Origin: an uncultured Spirochaetota bacterium
GTDB lineage: Bacteria > Spirochaetota > Brevinematia > Brevinematales > JAOACQ01
Assembly (NCBI GenBank): GCA_963835575.1
Contig: CAWIGG010000005.1
Coordinates: 96,001 to 160,000 of the forward strand
Reading direction: 5' to 3'
Length of the DNA stretch: 64,000 nt
How positions within the stretch are numbered: the stretch's first letter is position 1; each line of letters opens with the position of its first letter. The position numbers and the translations under genes are program-made. This document shows, piece by piece, positions 18,158 through 28,457 of this stretch. The notes under the pieces were generated by a model. That model was not told the origin of the DNA. It was given only the letters and a program-made list of their open reading frames with translations, and made no database searches.

Positions 18158-19498
18158 ATGAAAAATATGATCGGTTTGCTGGGATTAGGCGCCCTTTTAT
18201 TCATTCTTTATTCATGCGGCCCCGCGGTTCCTGCCAAGGAAATTGAAGACGCAAAGTCCGCTCTGGAGCGGGCGAAAACGGTAGACGCCCCGGTTTTCGC
18301 TGCCAAGGACTATATGGATGCCGAATCGGATTATAACGATGCCAACAAGTTCGTGCAGGACAAGAAGAACCAGGAAGCCAAGGACAAGGCTCTCACTTCA
18401 AAAACAAAAGCCGATAAATCCTATGATGCCGCGCGCGCGGGAAGGGCCGAGGATATCTTTAAAAAATGCGGCGATTCATTGAAAACAGCCCAGGATAATT
18501 TCGCGGAAAAGATTATGCCGGATAAATTTGCCGACGCTCAGAAAGGCTATGAGGCTCTCAAGGGAATATATGACACAAAAGATTATGATTCCATTTATTC
18601 CAATGGATCGGTCCTTTACCCGAAAATAAAAGAGATGGCGGACGCGTGCTCGGCCGCCGTGGATAAAGCGAGAAATGCCGTGGCAAACGCCCAGGACGCA
18701 TACGATATGGCGGAAAACAAGGAAATTGTCCGTCAATACGCTCTTGAAGATTTGCAAAAAGCAGTCCCGGTGCTGGATGAAGCGCGGAAAATGCTTGAAG
18801 AAAGCAATCTTGACAGCGCTATCGCCAAGGCAAAAGAAGCCGAGGATATCATAGCCGCCGCGGAAAAAAAGGCGCAGGACGCCTTTGACAAATCCGCGAA
18901 AACCACATCCAGCTCAACGCAGACAATAGACCTGGACAAGCAGAAGGAGCTTGACAACCAGAAAAAACAGGCTTCTGACGCCATTGAAGAAGCCAAGAAA
19001 AAGCTTGAGCAGTTGAAATCCAGGACAAAGGGAAGTTTTTTAAACAGCAGCCTGGACCATTTCGCTTATGTTGATATTCCTTTTATCTATTTTGGCGAAG
19101 ATGTCGCTGATATTACCTCAAACTCAAACGCGGTTGAAACTCAAGGCGAGCCGCCGGCGGCCGTTAAAGACGAAAATATCACCGTGGATATGGTCGAGAA
19201 GAATATCAAGATGGCTGAAGACTCTTACGCCAAGGAAGAATATCTTGATTCCATCGATTACGCCAAAGAGGCAATCAGGATGGCCGACATTCTCCTGGCC
19301 AAGGAACAATTCCTTATTTATACTGTTAAACTCAGACCGGAAAACAGGGACTGCCTCTGGAAGATATCCGGCTATATGTATGAGGATCAATACTGGATGT
19401 GGCCGGTCATCTGGAGGGCCAATAAATATCAGATCCAGGACCCGGATTTAATATATCCCGGGCAGGAATTGAAGATCCCGCCGGCTATGAATAAATAG
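18158..19498 (+). CDS. Lipoprotein with DUF4398-like helical repeats and C-terminal LysM (LipL71/LruA-like)
   Basis: Lipobox LYSC; Ala/Lys-rich coiled coils; YTVK...DCLWKIS...WPVIWRANKYQIQDPDLIYPGQELKIP. Confidence 0.88.
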   Translation: MKNMIGLLGLGALLFILYSCGPAVPAKEIEDAKSALERAKTVDAPVFAAKDYMDAESDYNDANKFVQDKKNQEAKDKALTSKTKADKSYDAARAGRAEDIFKKCGDSLKTAQDNFAEKIMPDKFADAQKGYEALKGIYDTKDYDSIYSNGSVLYPKIKEMADACSAAVDKARNAVANAQDAYDMAENKEIVRQYALEDLQKAVPVLDEARKMLEESNLDSAIAKAKEAEDIIAAAEKKAQDAFDKSAKTTSSSTQTIDLDKQKELDNQKKQASDAIEEAKKKLEQLKSRTKGSFLNSSLDHFAYVDIPFIYFGEDVADITSNSNAVETQGEPPAAVKDENITVDMVEKNIKMAEDSYAKEEYLDSIDYAKEAIRMADILLAKEQFLIYTVKLRPENRDCLWKISGYMYEDQYWMWPVIWRANKYQIQDPDLIYPGQELKIPPAMNK

Positions 19499-19516
19499 CA
19501 GGTAATATTTTTAAAT

Positions 19517-19546
19517 AAAAACCCCTCGCTCAGGCGGGGGGTTTTT
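19517..19546 (+). terminator. Rho-independent terminator
   Basis: AAAAACCCCTCGC-TCAG-GCGGGGGTTTTT after the lipoprotein gene. Confidence 0.8.
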
Positions 19547-19620
19547 AAATAGGCAATTCCAAAAACTCATAGTTTTTGGAATTGCCGCTGTCAAATAAAC
19601 TTTAAGTAAATTAAAACGGC

Positions 19621-19678
19621 TCTGTCCCTCACCATTTTGCGGGCAACAGATTAAGTTTACAAAATGGTGAGGGGCAGA
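19621..19678. repeat. CCCTCACC...GGTGAGGG hairpin repeat, copy 1
   Basis: TCTGTCCCTCACCATTTTG / CAAAATGGTGAGGGGCAGA stem; similar copies at 37491, 38071, 60978. Confidence 0.8.
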
Positions 19679-19705
19679 AACACCTAACATAATGATGGAG
19701 AAAAG

Positions 19706-20776
19706 ATGAGCTTAAACTATATTAAGATCCTTGATTTCAGGAATTATGACCGGGTGGAATTGAATGAATTCGGTCAATTTAATATCATAGTCGGAGAAAA
19801 CGGCAGCGGTAAAACGAATTTTCTGGAATCCGTCTTTCTGCTCTATCAGGGCAAATCATTCCGCAAGGTCCCGATGGATGACCTGATCCAATGGGAAAAA
19901 AATTCCTTCTATATTTCCGGCATTTTCCAAAATATTAAAAAAGAGATCGGCTGCGGCCTGCAGAAAAGAATCCTTAAATTAAATAATCATGTCATGCCTC
20001 AAAAAGAATTCATCCATTCAAGCCCCGTTCTATCTTTTTTACCGGAAGACCTGACGATTGTCTCGGGATCGCCGGACGAACGCCGTGATTATATGGACCG
20101 CGCCTTAAGCCTTCTCGATTATGATTATGCCGACGCTCTTCAGAATTACCATAAAGTCCTCCGGCAGAGGAATGCCCAGCTCAAAATCTCAAGTAAGGAA
20201 GTATACTTATGGAATGATGATTTTATCAGGTACGGAAGCCTGATCATCGAAAAACGGCTTATCTTTATGCAGACAAGCGGAAAAATAATTAAGAATATCT
20301 ACAGGGAATTTTATAATGAAGAGATAGAATTGAAGTACTTCAACACATTTAAAATAGAAGGCAACGTAACAGAGTCTTTTAAAAAAGCCCTGGAACAGAG
20401 CGCGCCGATGGAAAAATTAAGAAAGAACTCTTTCGTCGGCCCGCACAGGGATAACTTTGAAATCCAGCGGCTTGATAAAAAGGCAAGATCTTTCGCTTCA
20501 CAGGGACAGACCCGGTTATTGGCCCTCGCTTTTAAACTCTGCCTTCTGGAAAACCTTGAAAAGGCGCATCATGAAAAACCCGTCCTTCTTCTTGATGATG
20601 TCCTGCTTGAACTGGATGGAAAATCGCGAAAGCAATTTCTTAATAAAATCGAACCGTACCAGGCTTTCTTTACAGCGACATCCCTTGAGATTTTCCATGA
20701 TTTGAAAAATGATGTTAAAATTTTCGAAGTCGATAAAGGCATCATTAAAGAAGTTTCCAAATATCACAATAATTAG
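19706..20776 (+). CDS. recF: DNA replication and repair protein RecF
   Basis: FRNY, GENGSGKTN Walker A, G.P..RR.Y.D, GPHRD, SQGQ, LLLDDV..ELD. Confidence 0.95.
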   Translation: MSLNYIKILDFRNYDRVELNEFGQFNIIVGENGSGKTNFLESVFLLYQGKSFRKVPMDDLIQWEKNSFYISGIFQNIKKEIGCGLQKRILKLNNHVMPQKEFIHSSPVLSFLPEDLTIVSGSPDERRDYMDRALSLLDYDYADALQNYHKVLRQRNAQLKISSKEVYLWNDDFIRYGSLIIEKRLIFMQTSGKIIKNIYREFYNEEIELKYFNTFKIEGNVTESFKKALEQSAPMEKLRKNSFVGPHRDNFEIQRLDKKARSFASQGQTRLLALAFKLCLLENLEKAHHEKPVLLLDDVLLELDGKSRKQFLNKIEPYQAFFTATSLEIFHDLKNDVKIFEVDKGIIKEVSKYHNN

Positions 20777-20820
20777 AATATGGATATTCTAACAATTTAG
20801 TGGAAAAGGAAACAGAACGA

Positions 20821-21046
20821 AACCGCAGATTTCACTGATTGCACAGATTATAATTTTTGAATTTTAGATTCGGTAAGTTTATCACAAGTTAGTCGAATCA
20901 TGGTATAATTGTAAAAGAAATGAAGAACGATCTAATAACAAATGAAATTTTTGATACGACAAGCTTTTCAAAATAATTATTTTTTAAACTGATATATATT
21001 ATTCATAGATTTCACAATTTCAGTGAAATCTGTGTAATCTGTGGTT
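20821..21046. repeat. Inverted-arm element (AACCGCAGAT...ATCTGTGGTT), homologous to 52075-52570
   Basis: 9-nt periodic arms CAGATT x3 and AATCTGTG x2; the AT-rich interior also aligns with the 52-kb copy. Confidence 0.82.
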
Positions 21047-21154
21047 TAACAGTTAGTTCCAAAAGATGTTCCCGATTTTCAAAAATATTTCTAAAACAAA
21101 AATTTGAGTGCTTTTTTTAAATAATTATACTATAATTTATAGTGAGGTCTCACA

Positions 21155-21847
21155 ATGAAGAAAAAATCAATTGTGCTTTTATCGGGCGGACTGGATTCGG
21201 TTGTCAATTTTAAAATGGCCTTATTAAGGACGGAAGTGGAACTCATCCTGACTTTTGATTACGGCCAGGCTGCCAGAGCAAAAGAGATTAAAGCGACTCG
21301 CATGATCTCGGAGAAATTCAAAATTCTTCATCATATCATCCCTCTGGATTTTCTGGCCAATCTGGAGCCGAACCTGACCAAAGGGATAATTCCCAATTTC
21401 AATTCGCGCAAGCTGGATGACAGGGCCTATACCTCTAAAAGCGCAAAGGCCGTCTGGGTGCCGAACCGGAACGGCATCTTCCTCGCAATAGCCGGGGCTT
21501 ATGCCGATAAATACGGCCTTGAAACCATTATTACAGGCTTTAATGAAGAAGAAGGCAAAACTTTTCCCGACAACACGCAGGATTTCCTTGACAGGGTCAA
21601 TAAGTCATTTAAATTTTCGACGCTTAATCATCCGAAAGCGAAAAGCTATACAATCGAGATGGATAAAAAAGATATTGTCCGGCTCGGGATTGAAATCGAC
21701 GCGCCATTTGAATATGTCTGGAGCTGTTATCATGGAGAAGATAAAATGTGCGGCAGATGCGAGTCCTGCCAGAGGCTGAAAAGGGCGCTGGCCGAAAATG
21801 ATTTTATGCAGGATTTTATTAAAATAAACCGCTGGGGTTTTAAATGA
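21155..21847 (+). CDS. queC: 7-cyano-7-deazaguanine synthase
   Basis: LLSGGLDS, FDYGQ, VPNRN, FPD, WSCY...CGRCESC..L zinc motif. Confidence 0.95.
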   Translation: MKKKSIVLLSGGLDSVVNFKMALLRTEVELILTFDYGQAARAKEIKATRMISEKFKILHHIIPLDFLANLEPNLTKGIIPNFNSRKLDDRAYTSKSAKAVWVPNRNGIFLAIAGAYADKYGLETIITGFNEEEGKTFPDNTQDFLDRVNKSFKFSTLNHPKAKSYTIEMDKKDIVRLGIEIDAPFEYVWSCYHGEDKMCGRCESCQRLKRALAENDFMQDFIKINRWGFK

Positions 21848-22401
21848 AATCCAGGTTCATAACAGACAGAATAAAATACGACGGGACACAACTCAGTTCT
21901 CATTTCGCTTATAAAAATTTTAATATCCCGGGCAACAGCATTGTCGCCTTTATCGGCCCTGTTGATGTCAGGCTTACTGAAATGGTGGATATTGAGGATG
22001 TGATCCTCAAAGAAAGGATCTCCTCGGACGGGATGCTTAATTTCATTATTGAAATATTCAATGCGGACCTGACCGTTGCAATCTGCCTTCAAAGGCTTTT
22101 TATGTCGATTATCATGGAAGAATTGAACCGGCTCTTGAAAGGCCTTTATATAACCCGCGACGGCGATGACCTTTATTATCAGGAACGGAAGCTTTCCGTT
22201 TCAATAGCCACGGTCAGCCCCGTTTCATCCCTCATTCATTGCGCTCTCAATATTAAGCCGACAGGCGCGCCGGTAAAAATATCCTGCCTTGAAGAAATGG
22301 GGATTAACGCTCCCGATCTGGCAGATGTCATATTAAGAAAATTCGTTAAAGAATATGAGGAAATTGATTTCGCGCGGGTAAAGGTGAATTGGGTCAAATA
22401 A
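21844..22401 (+). CDS. DUF366 family protein (biotin/lipoate-ligase-like fold)
   Basis: YDGTQL..HFAY, G.SIVAF.GP, EMVDIED, ML.FI.E.F, QRL, R.GDDLY...KLSVSIAT; ATGA overlap with queC. Confidence 0.85.
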   Translation: MKSRFITDRIKYDGTQLSSHFAYKNFNIPGNSIVAFIGPVDVRLTEMVDIEDVILKERISSDGMLNFIIEIFNADLTVAICLQRLFMSIIMEELNRLLKGLYITRDGDDLYYQERKLSVSIATVSPVSSLIHCALNIKPTGAPVKISCLEEMGINAPDLADVILRKFVKEYEEIDFARVKVNWVK

Positions 22402-22417
22402 GACTAAAAGAGGAATT

Positions 22418-23014
22418 ATGTTTACAGGAATTATCCGGTATACGGGCCAGATTACCGGAATAAAAAGCGTCACTCAAGGTAAAAGACTGCAAATTAAAAC
22501 AGACAGCGCATTGACCGCTAAGCTCGAAAAAGGCATTTCGAGTATTGCCATCGACGGTTCCTGCCATACAGTTGAGGAATTTGATAAAAACACATTTACC
22601 GTTTTTTCCAGCTTTGAGACTCTGCAGAAAACGACTCTGGCCTCGGTCAAAAGCGGCGGTCTGGTAAACCTTGAGCTGTCCCTCACCCCCGACAGCCTCC
22701 TGGACGGGCATATTGTGCAGGGCCATGTTGACGGGACCGGAAGGATTTCATCCATCCGGAAAAAAGGAGAGGCTTATCTGATCCGTTTTACCGCCGACCA
22801 TTCTCTCCTGAAGTATTTAGTTGAAAAAGATTCAATCGCCGTAGACGGCGTCAGCCTGACTCTTTTCAATATTGATGAATCGACATTTCAGACAGCCGTT
22901 ATACCGGAAACGGCGATAAACACCACTCTTCTTAAAAAACCCGAGGGAAGCCTTGTCAATATCGAGGTAAACATCCTGGCCAAATACGCGAAGAAATTCC
23001 TAAATCTCTATTAA
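22418..23014 (+). CDS. ribE: Riboflavin synthase (alpha chain)
   Basis: MFTGII, SIAIDGSCHTV, GHIVQGHVD, SIAVDGVSLT, VNIE. Confidence 0.97.
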   Translation: MFTGIIRYTGQITGIKSVTQGKRLQIKTDSALTAKLEKGISSIAIDGSCHTVEEFDKNTFTVFSSFETLQKTTLASVKSGGLVNLELSLTPDSLLDGHIVQGHVDGTGRISSIRKKGEAYLIRFTADHSLLKYLVEKDSIAVDGVSLTLFNIDESTFQTAVIPETAINTTLLKKPEGSLVNIEVNILAKYAKKFLNLY

Positions 23015-25039
23015 TTTTTCCTTCGGCTCGCCCAGATAATAGCCCTGGGAAAAATCAATGCCCATTTCCATGCTTTTATCATAGACTTCCTTGGAATGGA
23101 CGAATTCCGAGATAGTCTGCAGTCCCAGCTCGCGCGCGAAATTGGCAATTGTCCGTGTAATGATCTGAGAGTTTTTGTCGATATTGATATTTTTTATCAG
23201 GGAAGAATCTATTTTGATATAATCGACCTGCATATGAACAAGGTGGGAGAAATTGGAATAGCCGGTGCCGAAATCATCGATGGCGATCTTGCACCCGCAC
23301 TTTTTCACATAATTGATAAATTCAATAACCTCTTTGTAATTTTCGATGTCCTCGGTTTCCAGAAGCTCAAAAACAACGCGGGGACAGATCCCCTTATTGA
23401 TTTTCAATATTTCATAGATATAGCTGATCGTCTTTTCGTCCATGATATCATCCAGCGACAGGTTGAGGGAAAACTCATAATTATTATCCCGGAAAAACTC
23501 AAAAGACTTTTCCACCATCATTTTTGTCAGGTAACGGTACAGCCTCGCTTTTTTTGCGATATTCAGGAAATTAAGAGGCGCCACGATATTGCCGTTTGTG
23601 TCTATCATCCGCATCAAGCATTCGTATTTCTCAATTTTACCAGTATGATTATTCTGGATCGGCTGAAAATAGGGAATAATGCGGTTTTCTTTTATCGCGT
23701 TCTTCAGCTTTTTCGTCCATTGTATATTGTTTTCATATTCCTTTACAATTTCCATAAAATCCTGGTAAACGACATATTTCTTTCTGGAAATCTTCGCTCT
23801 TTTCAGAGCCATATCGGCATTCCTGAGGGCGCTCTTCCCGATTTCCATTCCCTCGATAGAAGCTATGTCTTTCTGGACCGTTCCTATGCCGACGCTGACG
23901 GTTATGTAAATCTCCGTTTCCCTGTAAACAAAAGCCCTGTCCATCACTTCTTCAGACAAATATATTCCCCAGTATTCAAGGTCTTTAATGCCGACTTTCC
24001 TGTCAATAAGGATCGTGTACTCATCCGCATGCATTTTATAAAGGCGGTAGAGGACTCCCATATTCATGCTTTTTAAACGGTTTCCCATTTCCTTCAGTAT
24101 AAAATCTCCCACTTCAGTGCCGTAAAAATCATTGATCTCCTGAAAAGCGTCCACATTAAATATAATGACGATCGGGTTGGAGCACATGGCAAGATCATCC
24201 ATAAACTTTTTTCTGTTAGGCAGGTTGGTTAAAGTGTCTGTAAATAGCTGAGTGAGTAAATTTTTATTATAATTTTCAATTTTACCAAAGCTGTCTTTTA
24301 AATTCTGGGTCATCTGATTAAAATTATTGGCCAATTCCTCAATCTCATTCTTTGATTTGATTCGAATCACATGATCCAGCTCGCCGCCCGCGATTAATTT
24401 TGCGCTTTTATTCAATTCCATGATAGGCTTTATTACCGAGCGCTGTATGACGCTTTTTAATATAAATCCGAAAATAATTGAAAGGCCGGTAAAGAAAATT
24501 ATCGCCACAAAAAACGCCATCTGCATCTGCCAGAACCGCTTCAAGTCATATTCCGACCGCAATACAGCCAGAACGCTTCCGTTAGCGTTAGTCACGGGCA
24601 GATAAGCGAACTTCATCATCGCTCCATTAACTACATGAAATTTATTTTCCAGGACCAGGGATTTTGAGGCATAAGCCTCCCAGAATTCGGCGCTGAAGTT
24701 TGTTTCAAAAACAGTATCCCTGGAACCCAGGATAAGATAATTTTTATCATGAGGAATTATAACGCTTAATCCGGCCAGTTTAATATGCTCCTGATATTCG
24801 CCGATTTTTTTCTGAAAACTTTCGCGGGCATTGCCGTTTTTACCCTGAAGCGCGGGAATTGTTGCCTCATCCACCATTGAATTCACGGCATAGAGGGCCC
24901 CGCTGAGCCTTTCGTTAACTGTCCTGACCATATAGGAGAAAGACATGAAATAATATGCCAGGCTGACGACAAGGGTTATTACAATGATGCTAAAAAAAAA
25001 CAGGAAATAGATCCTTCTTCCGATAATCGAACGCATCAA
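23000..25039 (-). CDS. Membrane HAMP-GGDEF-EAL protein (probable c-di-GMP phosphodiesterase)
   Basis: 2 TM, HAMP (NEIEELANNFNQM), degenerate GGDEF (HADEY), EAL domain (ECLMR, FELLE, IDDFGTGYSN, IKID, SQGY). Confidence 0.92.
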   Translation of the reverse strand: MMRSIIGRRIYFLFFFSIIVITLVVSLAYYFMSFSYMVRTVNERLSGALYAVNSMVDEATIPALQGKNGNARESFQKKIGEYQEHIKLAGLSVIIPHDKNYLILGSRDTVFETNFSAEFWEAYASKSLVLENKFHVVNGAMMKFAYLPVTNANGSVLAVLRSEYDLKRFWQMQMAFFVAIIFFTGLSIIFGFILKSVIQRSVIKPIMELNKSAKLIAGGELDHVIRIKSKNEIEELANNFNQMTQNLKDSFGKIENYNKNLLTQLFTDTLTNLPNRKKFMDDLAMCSNPIVIIFNVDAFQEINDFYGTEVGDFILKEMGNRLKSMNMGVLYRLYKMHADEYTILIDRKVGIKDLEYWGIYLSEEVMDRAFVYRETEIYITVSVGIGTVQKDIASIEGMEIGKSALRNADMALKRAKISRKKYVVYQDFMEIVKEYENNIQWTKKLKNAIKENRIIPYFQPIQNNHTGKIEKYECLMRMIDTNGNIVAPLNFLNIAKKARLYRYLTKMMVEKSFEFFRDNNYEFSLNLSLDDIMDEKTISYIYEILKINKGICPRVVFELLETEDIENYKEVIEFINYVKKCGCKIAIDDFGTGYSNFSHLVHMQVDYIKIDSSLIKNINIDKNSQIITRTIANFARELGLQTISEFVHSKEVYDKSMEMGIDFSQGYYLGEPKEKLIEI

Positions 25040-25174
25040 CCCTTCCCTATCCAGATAATATTTTTACCAGGATTCCTAATTTTGAACAATTCAATAAAAT
25101 TTTTAAAAAGATTTGAATTTTTGACCGGTCAAACCCCCCGGCCTTGATTAAATTCCACCCTTCTCAATACATTT

Positions 25175-25684
25175 CTATTTTGTCATGCAGCTTATTATTT
25201 CTCCAATATAAAGCCGATGATAGTCTTTATGCGGATAATTCGCTTCAATCATCTTATCCAGGAAATTTTTTGAATCCAGGTCCTGAAAATACAGCTTCCT
25301 GCATTCCAGGACAAGCCTCGCTTCCTCAAAATAAACAACACCCCTTTCGGTCTGCTTCGGCGTTAAACCTGATTCCTTCATTTTATTAATTTCACGTCCT
25401 GATTTTGTCCCGCAGAACTCCAGGTTTTTTTTATAATCCAAAGAGAAAAAACCAACCGTAAAATAACTGTATTTCTCCATAAACTCAAAAGTATATCTCC
25501 CCGGACGGATAAAACAAAACACGACTTCTTTATTCCAGAGAACACCCATTCCGCCCCAGCTCGCCGTCATCATATTGAATGAACCAAGCCCTCCTGCCGC
25601 AATAAGCATCCAATCCAGATTAATCATCCGGAACACATTCCCAGTTATAGCCTCAGGTTTTATTATTTTAAATTTAGCCGTCAT
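25175..25684 (-). CDS. Flavin reductase-like family protein
   Basis: WMLIAAG...NMMTASWGG, RP.RYT, CGTKSGR, H.LYIGEI. Confidence 0.9.
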   Translation of the reverse strand: MTAKFKIIKPEAITGNVFRMINLDWMLIAAGGLGSFNMMTASWGGMGVLWNKEVVFCFIRPGRYTFEFMEKYSYFTVGFFSLDYKKNLEFCGTKSGREINKMKESGLTPKQTERGVVYFEEARLVLECRKLYFQDLDSKNFLDKMIEANYPHKDYHRLYIGEIISCMTK

Positions 25685-25908
25685 ATTAAAACTAATCTAA
25701 ACCTCTAATATATAATAATATAAAAAAAGAAATAATCAACATTTTTTAAGTTTATTTTACACTAATGATTTTTATTAAAATCTTGTAATAAGAGAAGTAG
25801 GATATACTTTTATAAAGACTTTTTGAACAGAAATATAAACAGGAAGTACTGCAAAATAAGCATTTCAGCTCATTTTTCACAATACAAGCCAATTATTCTC
25901 TTTTCCAG

Positions 25909-26919
25909 TTATTCGTCTTTTTCAATCACAGCGCCTTTTGTATCCTGAAGCCGGAATACAGCGGTTGCTCCCGCCCCAATAAGGACTTTTTCCAGAGGGG
26001 CCGTTTCCTGATGAGGCCAAAGGGCGATAATCGTGCCGCCTTTGCCCGCACCTGCAAGCTTTGCCCCGGCCGCTCCCGCGTCCAGCGCCGCTTCGATCAG
26101 CCTTTCGTTCGCTTCGCCGGAACCTCCCAGGCTTCTCTGCAGGACATGATTTTCATTCATCAGATTTCCCAAAAGAGCCCAGTCCTTTTTAATAAGCGCA
26201 TTTCTGCCTTCCCGGGCGGTCTCAGCTATTCTTTTATACCCTTCCGCTGCTTCGGCCTCGCCTGCCAGCCATCTTTCAGACGCAGGTCTGTGGACCTCTC
26301 CGGAACTGTGTTTAACACCCGTGGAAGCCAGTAAAAAAGGCAATTCCAGGGAAGAAAGCGGCTCTATCGAAGCGTAGGTTCCGGATTCGCTTCCGTCATT
26401 AAAAATCTTTCCATTGAATTCCATATAATTCAGGCCCCCGAATACGCACATATAAGCGTCCTGGAAACCGCAAATGACTTTAAGAATACTTTTTTCAATA
26501 TACCGGGCTTTTTCAGCCAGCTGATATAAATCCGGGTATTCTCCCTTCCATGCCAGAAGTGCCTGAAGGAGGGTCACGATAAGCGCCGTTGAACCCGCCA
26601 TTCCGCTCTGCATCGGGATTGCCGTTTCATAATAAATGCGGCAGGCCGGCCGGGGAAGACCTGTGTAATTGAGTACGGCCCGCGCGATATCGAACCTGTC
26701 CCCTTTCAATACGAGGCTGGAAGGTCCGTCAATACTTTCTTCAAAACCGGCGGTTTCCAGTATCAGACAGGGTGCGGTAGTCAAAACGGTTTTTGCCCTC
26801 ATCCCGACAGTGCAGGAAATAACAGCCCCGCCGAACATATCGGAAGGGTTGCCGATGATGCCGGCGCGGCCCGGCGCAGAAGCGGCGACCAGGCTTTTTT
26901 CCGGTCCTGAAGATATCAT
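25909..26919 (-). CDS. GHMP family sugar kinase (glucuronokinase-like)
   Basis: APGRAGIIGNPSD, IPMQSGMAGSTA ATP loop, CGFQD, AKLAGAGKGG. Confidence 0.85.
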   Translation of the reverse strand: MISSGPEKSLVAASAPGRAGIIGNPSDMFGGAVISCTVGMRAKTVLTTAPCLILETAGFEESIDGPSSLVLKGDRFDIARAVLNYTGLPRPACRIYYETAIPMQSGMAGSTALIVTLLQALLAWKGEYPDLYQLAEKARYIEKSILKVICGFQDAYMCVFGGLNYMEFNGKIFNDGSESGTYASIEPLSSLELPFLLASTGVKHSSGEVHRPASERWLAGEAEAAEGYKRIAETAREGRNALIKKDWALLGNLMNENHVLQRSLGGSGEANERLIEAALDAGAAGAKLAGAGKGGTIIALWPHQETAPLEKVLIGAGATAVFRLQDTKGAVIEKDE

Positions 26920-27785
26920 AGTTTTTCCGCCATGGATTTTAAATATTTCCGGACCGACGGGCCCGACATCTCATCCTTCACGGAATAATCGATAAAAGCC
27001 CTGTAATAGGAATCGAAATTCCCGATGTCATACCGCTTGTAACCGGTCGGAAGAAGCCAAGCATAAACCGGCCTGCCCGTCTTTATTAAAATATTGATCG
27101 CGTCCGTCAGCTGCATTTCGCCTTTATCCGCCGGCTTGACCCGCCTCAAGGCCTCAAAAATTTCCCCGCTGAAAACATAGCGGGCGGCGACTGCCAGTCT
27201 GCTTTGAGCAGTTCCCCTTGGCGGCTTTTCTATTATTCCGGCGGCGGGCGCTGACCGGCCGGACAACGGCATGGGTCCGTTCAAATTCACAATGCCGTAG
27301 CGAAAAGTCTCTTCTTCCGGGACTTCCTCAACGGCAATCACCGCAGAGGCTTTCAAAAGGCGGTGCTGACCCATCATTTCCTTTAAAACGCCGGCCGGTT
27401 CTTTTCCTTCAATGACGCTGTCGCCCAGAGCGACGGCAAAATCCCCGCCGCGGGTAAAACCCTCGGAAAGAAGAACGGCATGCCCCAGTCCCATGGGCTT
27501 ATTCTGTTTCTTAAAGAAAAATTGCGTTTTATCGGACGGATCGTCCCGATGAGAAGCACTCTGTTTCGAATAATTAACCAGGTGGCCTTTGATGGAACCC
27601 TTCCGCGGCGCTGTGATGACAAGGACACGGTTAATCCCCGCGCCCTGAAGTTCCGCCGCTATGTGTTCTATGACCGGCCTGCGGCCGAGCGGCAGCATTT
27701 CCTTGGGCTGCGACAGTGTCAGCGGGAGGAGCCGCGTGCCAAGGCCGGCGGCCGGTATGACAGCGCGAAGGATTGGACTGTCCAT
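26916..27785 (-). CDS. Sugar-1-phosphate nucleotidyltransferase, GalU-like
   Basis: AVIPAAGLGTRLLPLT..PKEMLP, Q..P.GLGHAV, IEKP, GEMQLTDAI; 4-bp overlap with the kinase gene. Confidence 0.9.
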   Translation of the reverse strand: MDSPILRAVIPAAGLGTRLLPLTLSQPKEMLPLGRRPVIEHIAAELQGAGINRVLVITAPRKGSIKGHLVNYSKQSASHRDDPSDKTQFFFKKQNKPMGLGHAVLLSEGFTRGGDFAVALGDSVIEGKEPAGVLKEMMGQHRLLKASAVIAVEEVPEEETFRYGIVNLNGPMPLSGRSAPAAGIIEKPPRGTAQSRLAVAARYVFSGEIFEALRRVKPADKGEMQLTDAINILIKTGRPVYAWLLPTGYKRYDIGNFDSYYRAFIDYSVKDEMSGPSVRKYLKSMAEKL

Positions 27786-28007
27786 AAGTTTTACTCCAAT
27801 TGAAATATCAAGAATGTTTCTGTATAATTGTAGAAATTAAATTATAAAGGATTTTCTCTTTTTTAGCCACAGAGCTCACAGAAACACAGAATACAAAACT
27901 TTTTAACATTATTATTAAACAATGATATTTTAATAATATATATATAGGAAAGAATTATATCTTTGAACATGACAAAATTATAATTTACTGTTAAACTATA
28001 AAAATTA

Positions 28008-28457
28008 ATGGAGATGAGGATGGCCAATATAAATTTTATCAAATCGGCAAAACGCCATTATGATGATGCTAAAATCTTGTTAAACGCTAATAGCGTTCCC
28101 AATGCAGGACAGCTTTTTGGTTTTTGTGCGGAATGTGGGCTCAAGGCGTTACTGATTGCGTATGGTTTAACTACTGATCCATCAACCGGTGATCTCAACT
28201 TGTCGGATAGTGACAAAAAAAAATATCTCAGGCACATTAATGTACTGTGTAACAATATCAGTATCTTTACTCAAGATACGACTTACGCGTCTTATCTGGC
28301 TATCATGCCATCCATCGCTTTTTTTCTTGATTGGAGAACCGATCATAGATATTATGATGAAAGCGCAATACCAAATAATATTAGCAAATGGGAAAACGCA
28401 GCAACTGAAGTACGCAGGATGGTTGACAAATTAATCCAGGATGGGAGGGCAAGATGA
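28008..28457 (+). CDS. HEPN-like domain protein (first gene of a putative conflict operon)
   Basis: A.RHY.DA..L....AG.LFG..AECGLKA N-terminal helix pattern, a central RH, and W....RY near the C-terminus, as in HEPN folds. The true start may be ATG 28020. Confidence 0.7.
   Translation: MEMRMANINFIKSAKRHYDDAKILLNANSVPNAGQLFGFCAECGLKALLIAYGLTTDPSTGDLNLSDSDKKKYLRHINVLCNNISIFTQDTTYASYLAIMPSIAFFLDWRTDHRYYDESAIPNNISKWENAATEVRRMVDKLIQDGRAR

Noticed and set aside
23096..24076. 326-aa plus-strand ORF
   Set aside because: Antisense shadow of the GGDEF-EAL gene.
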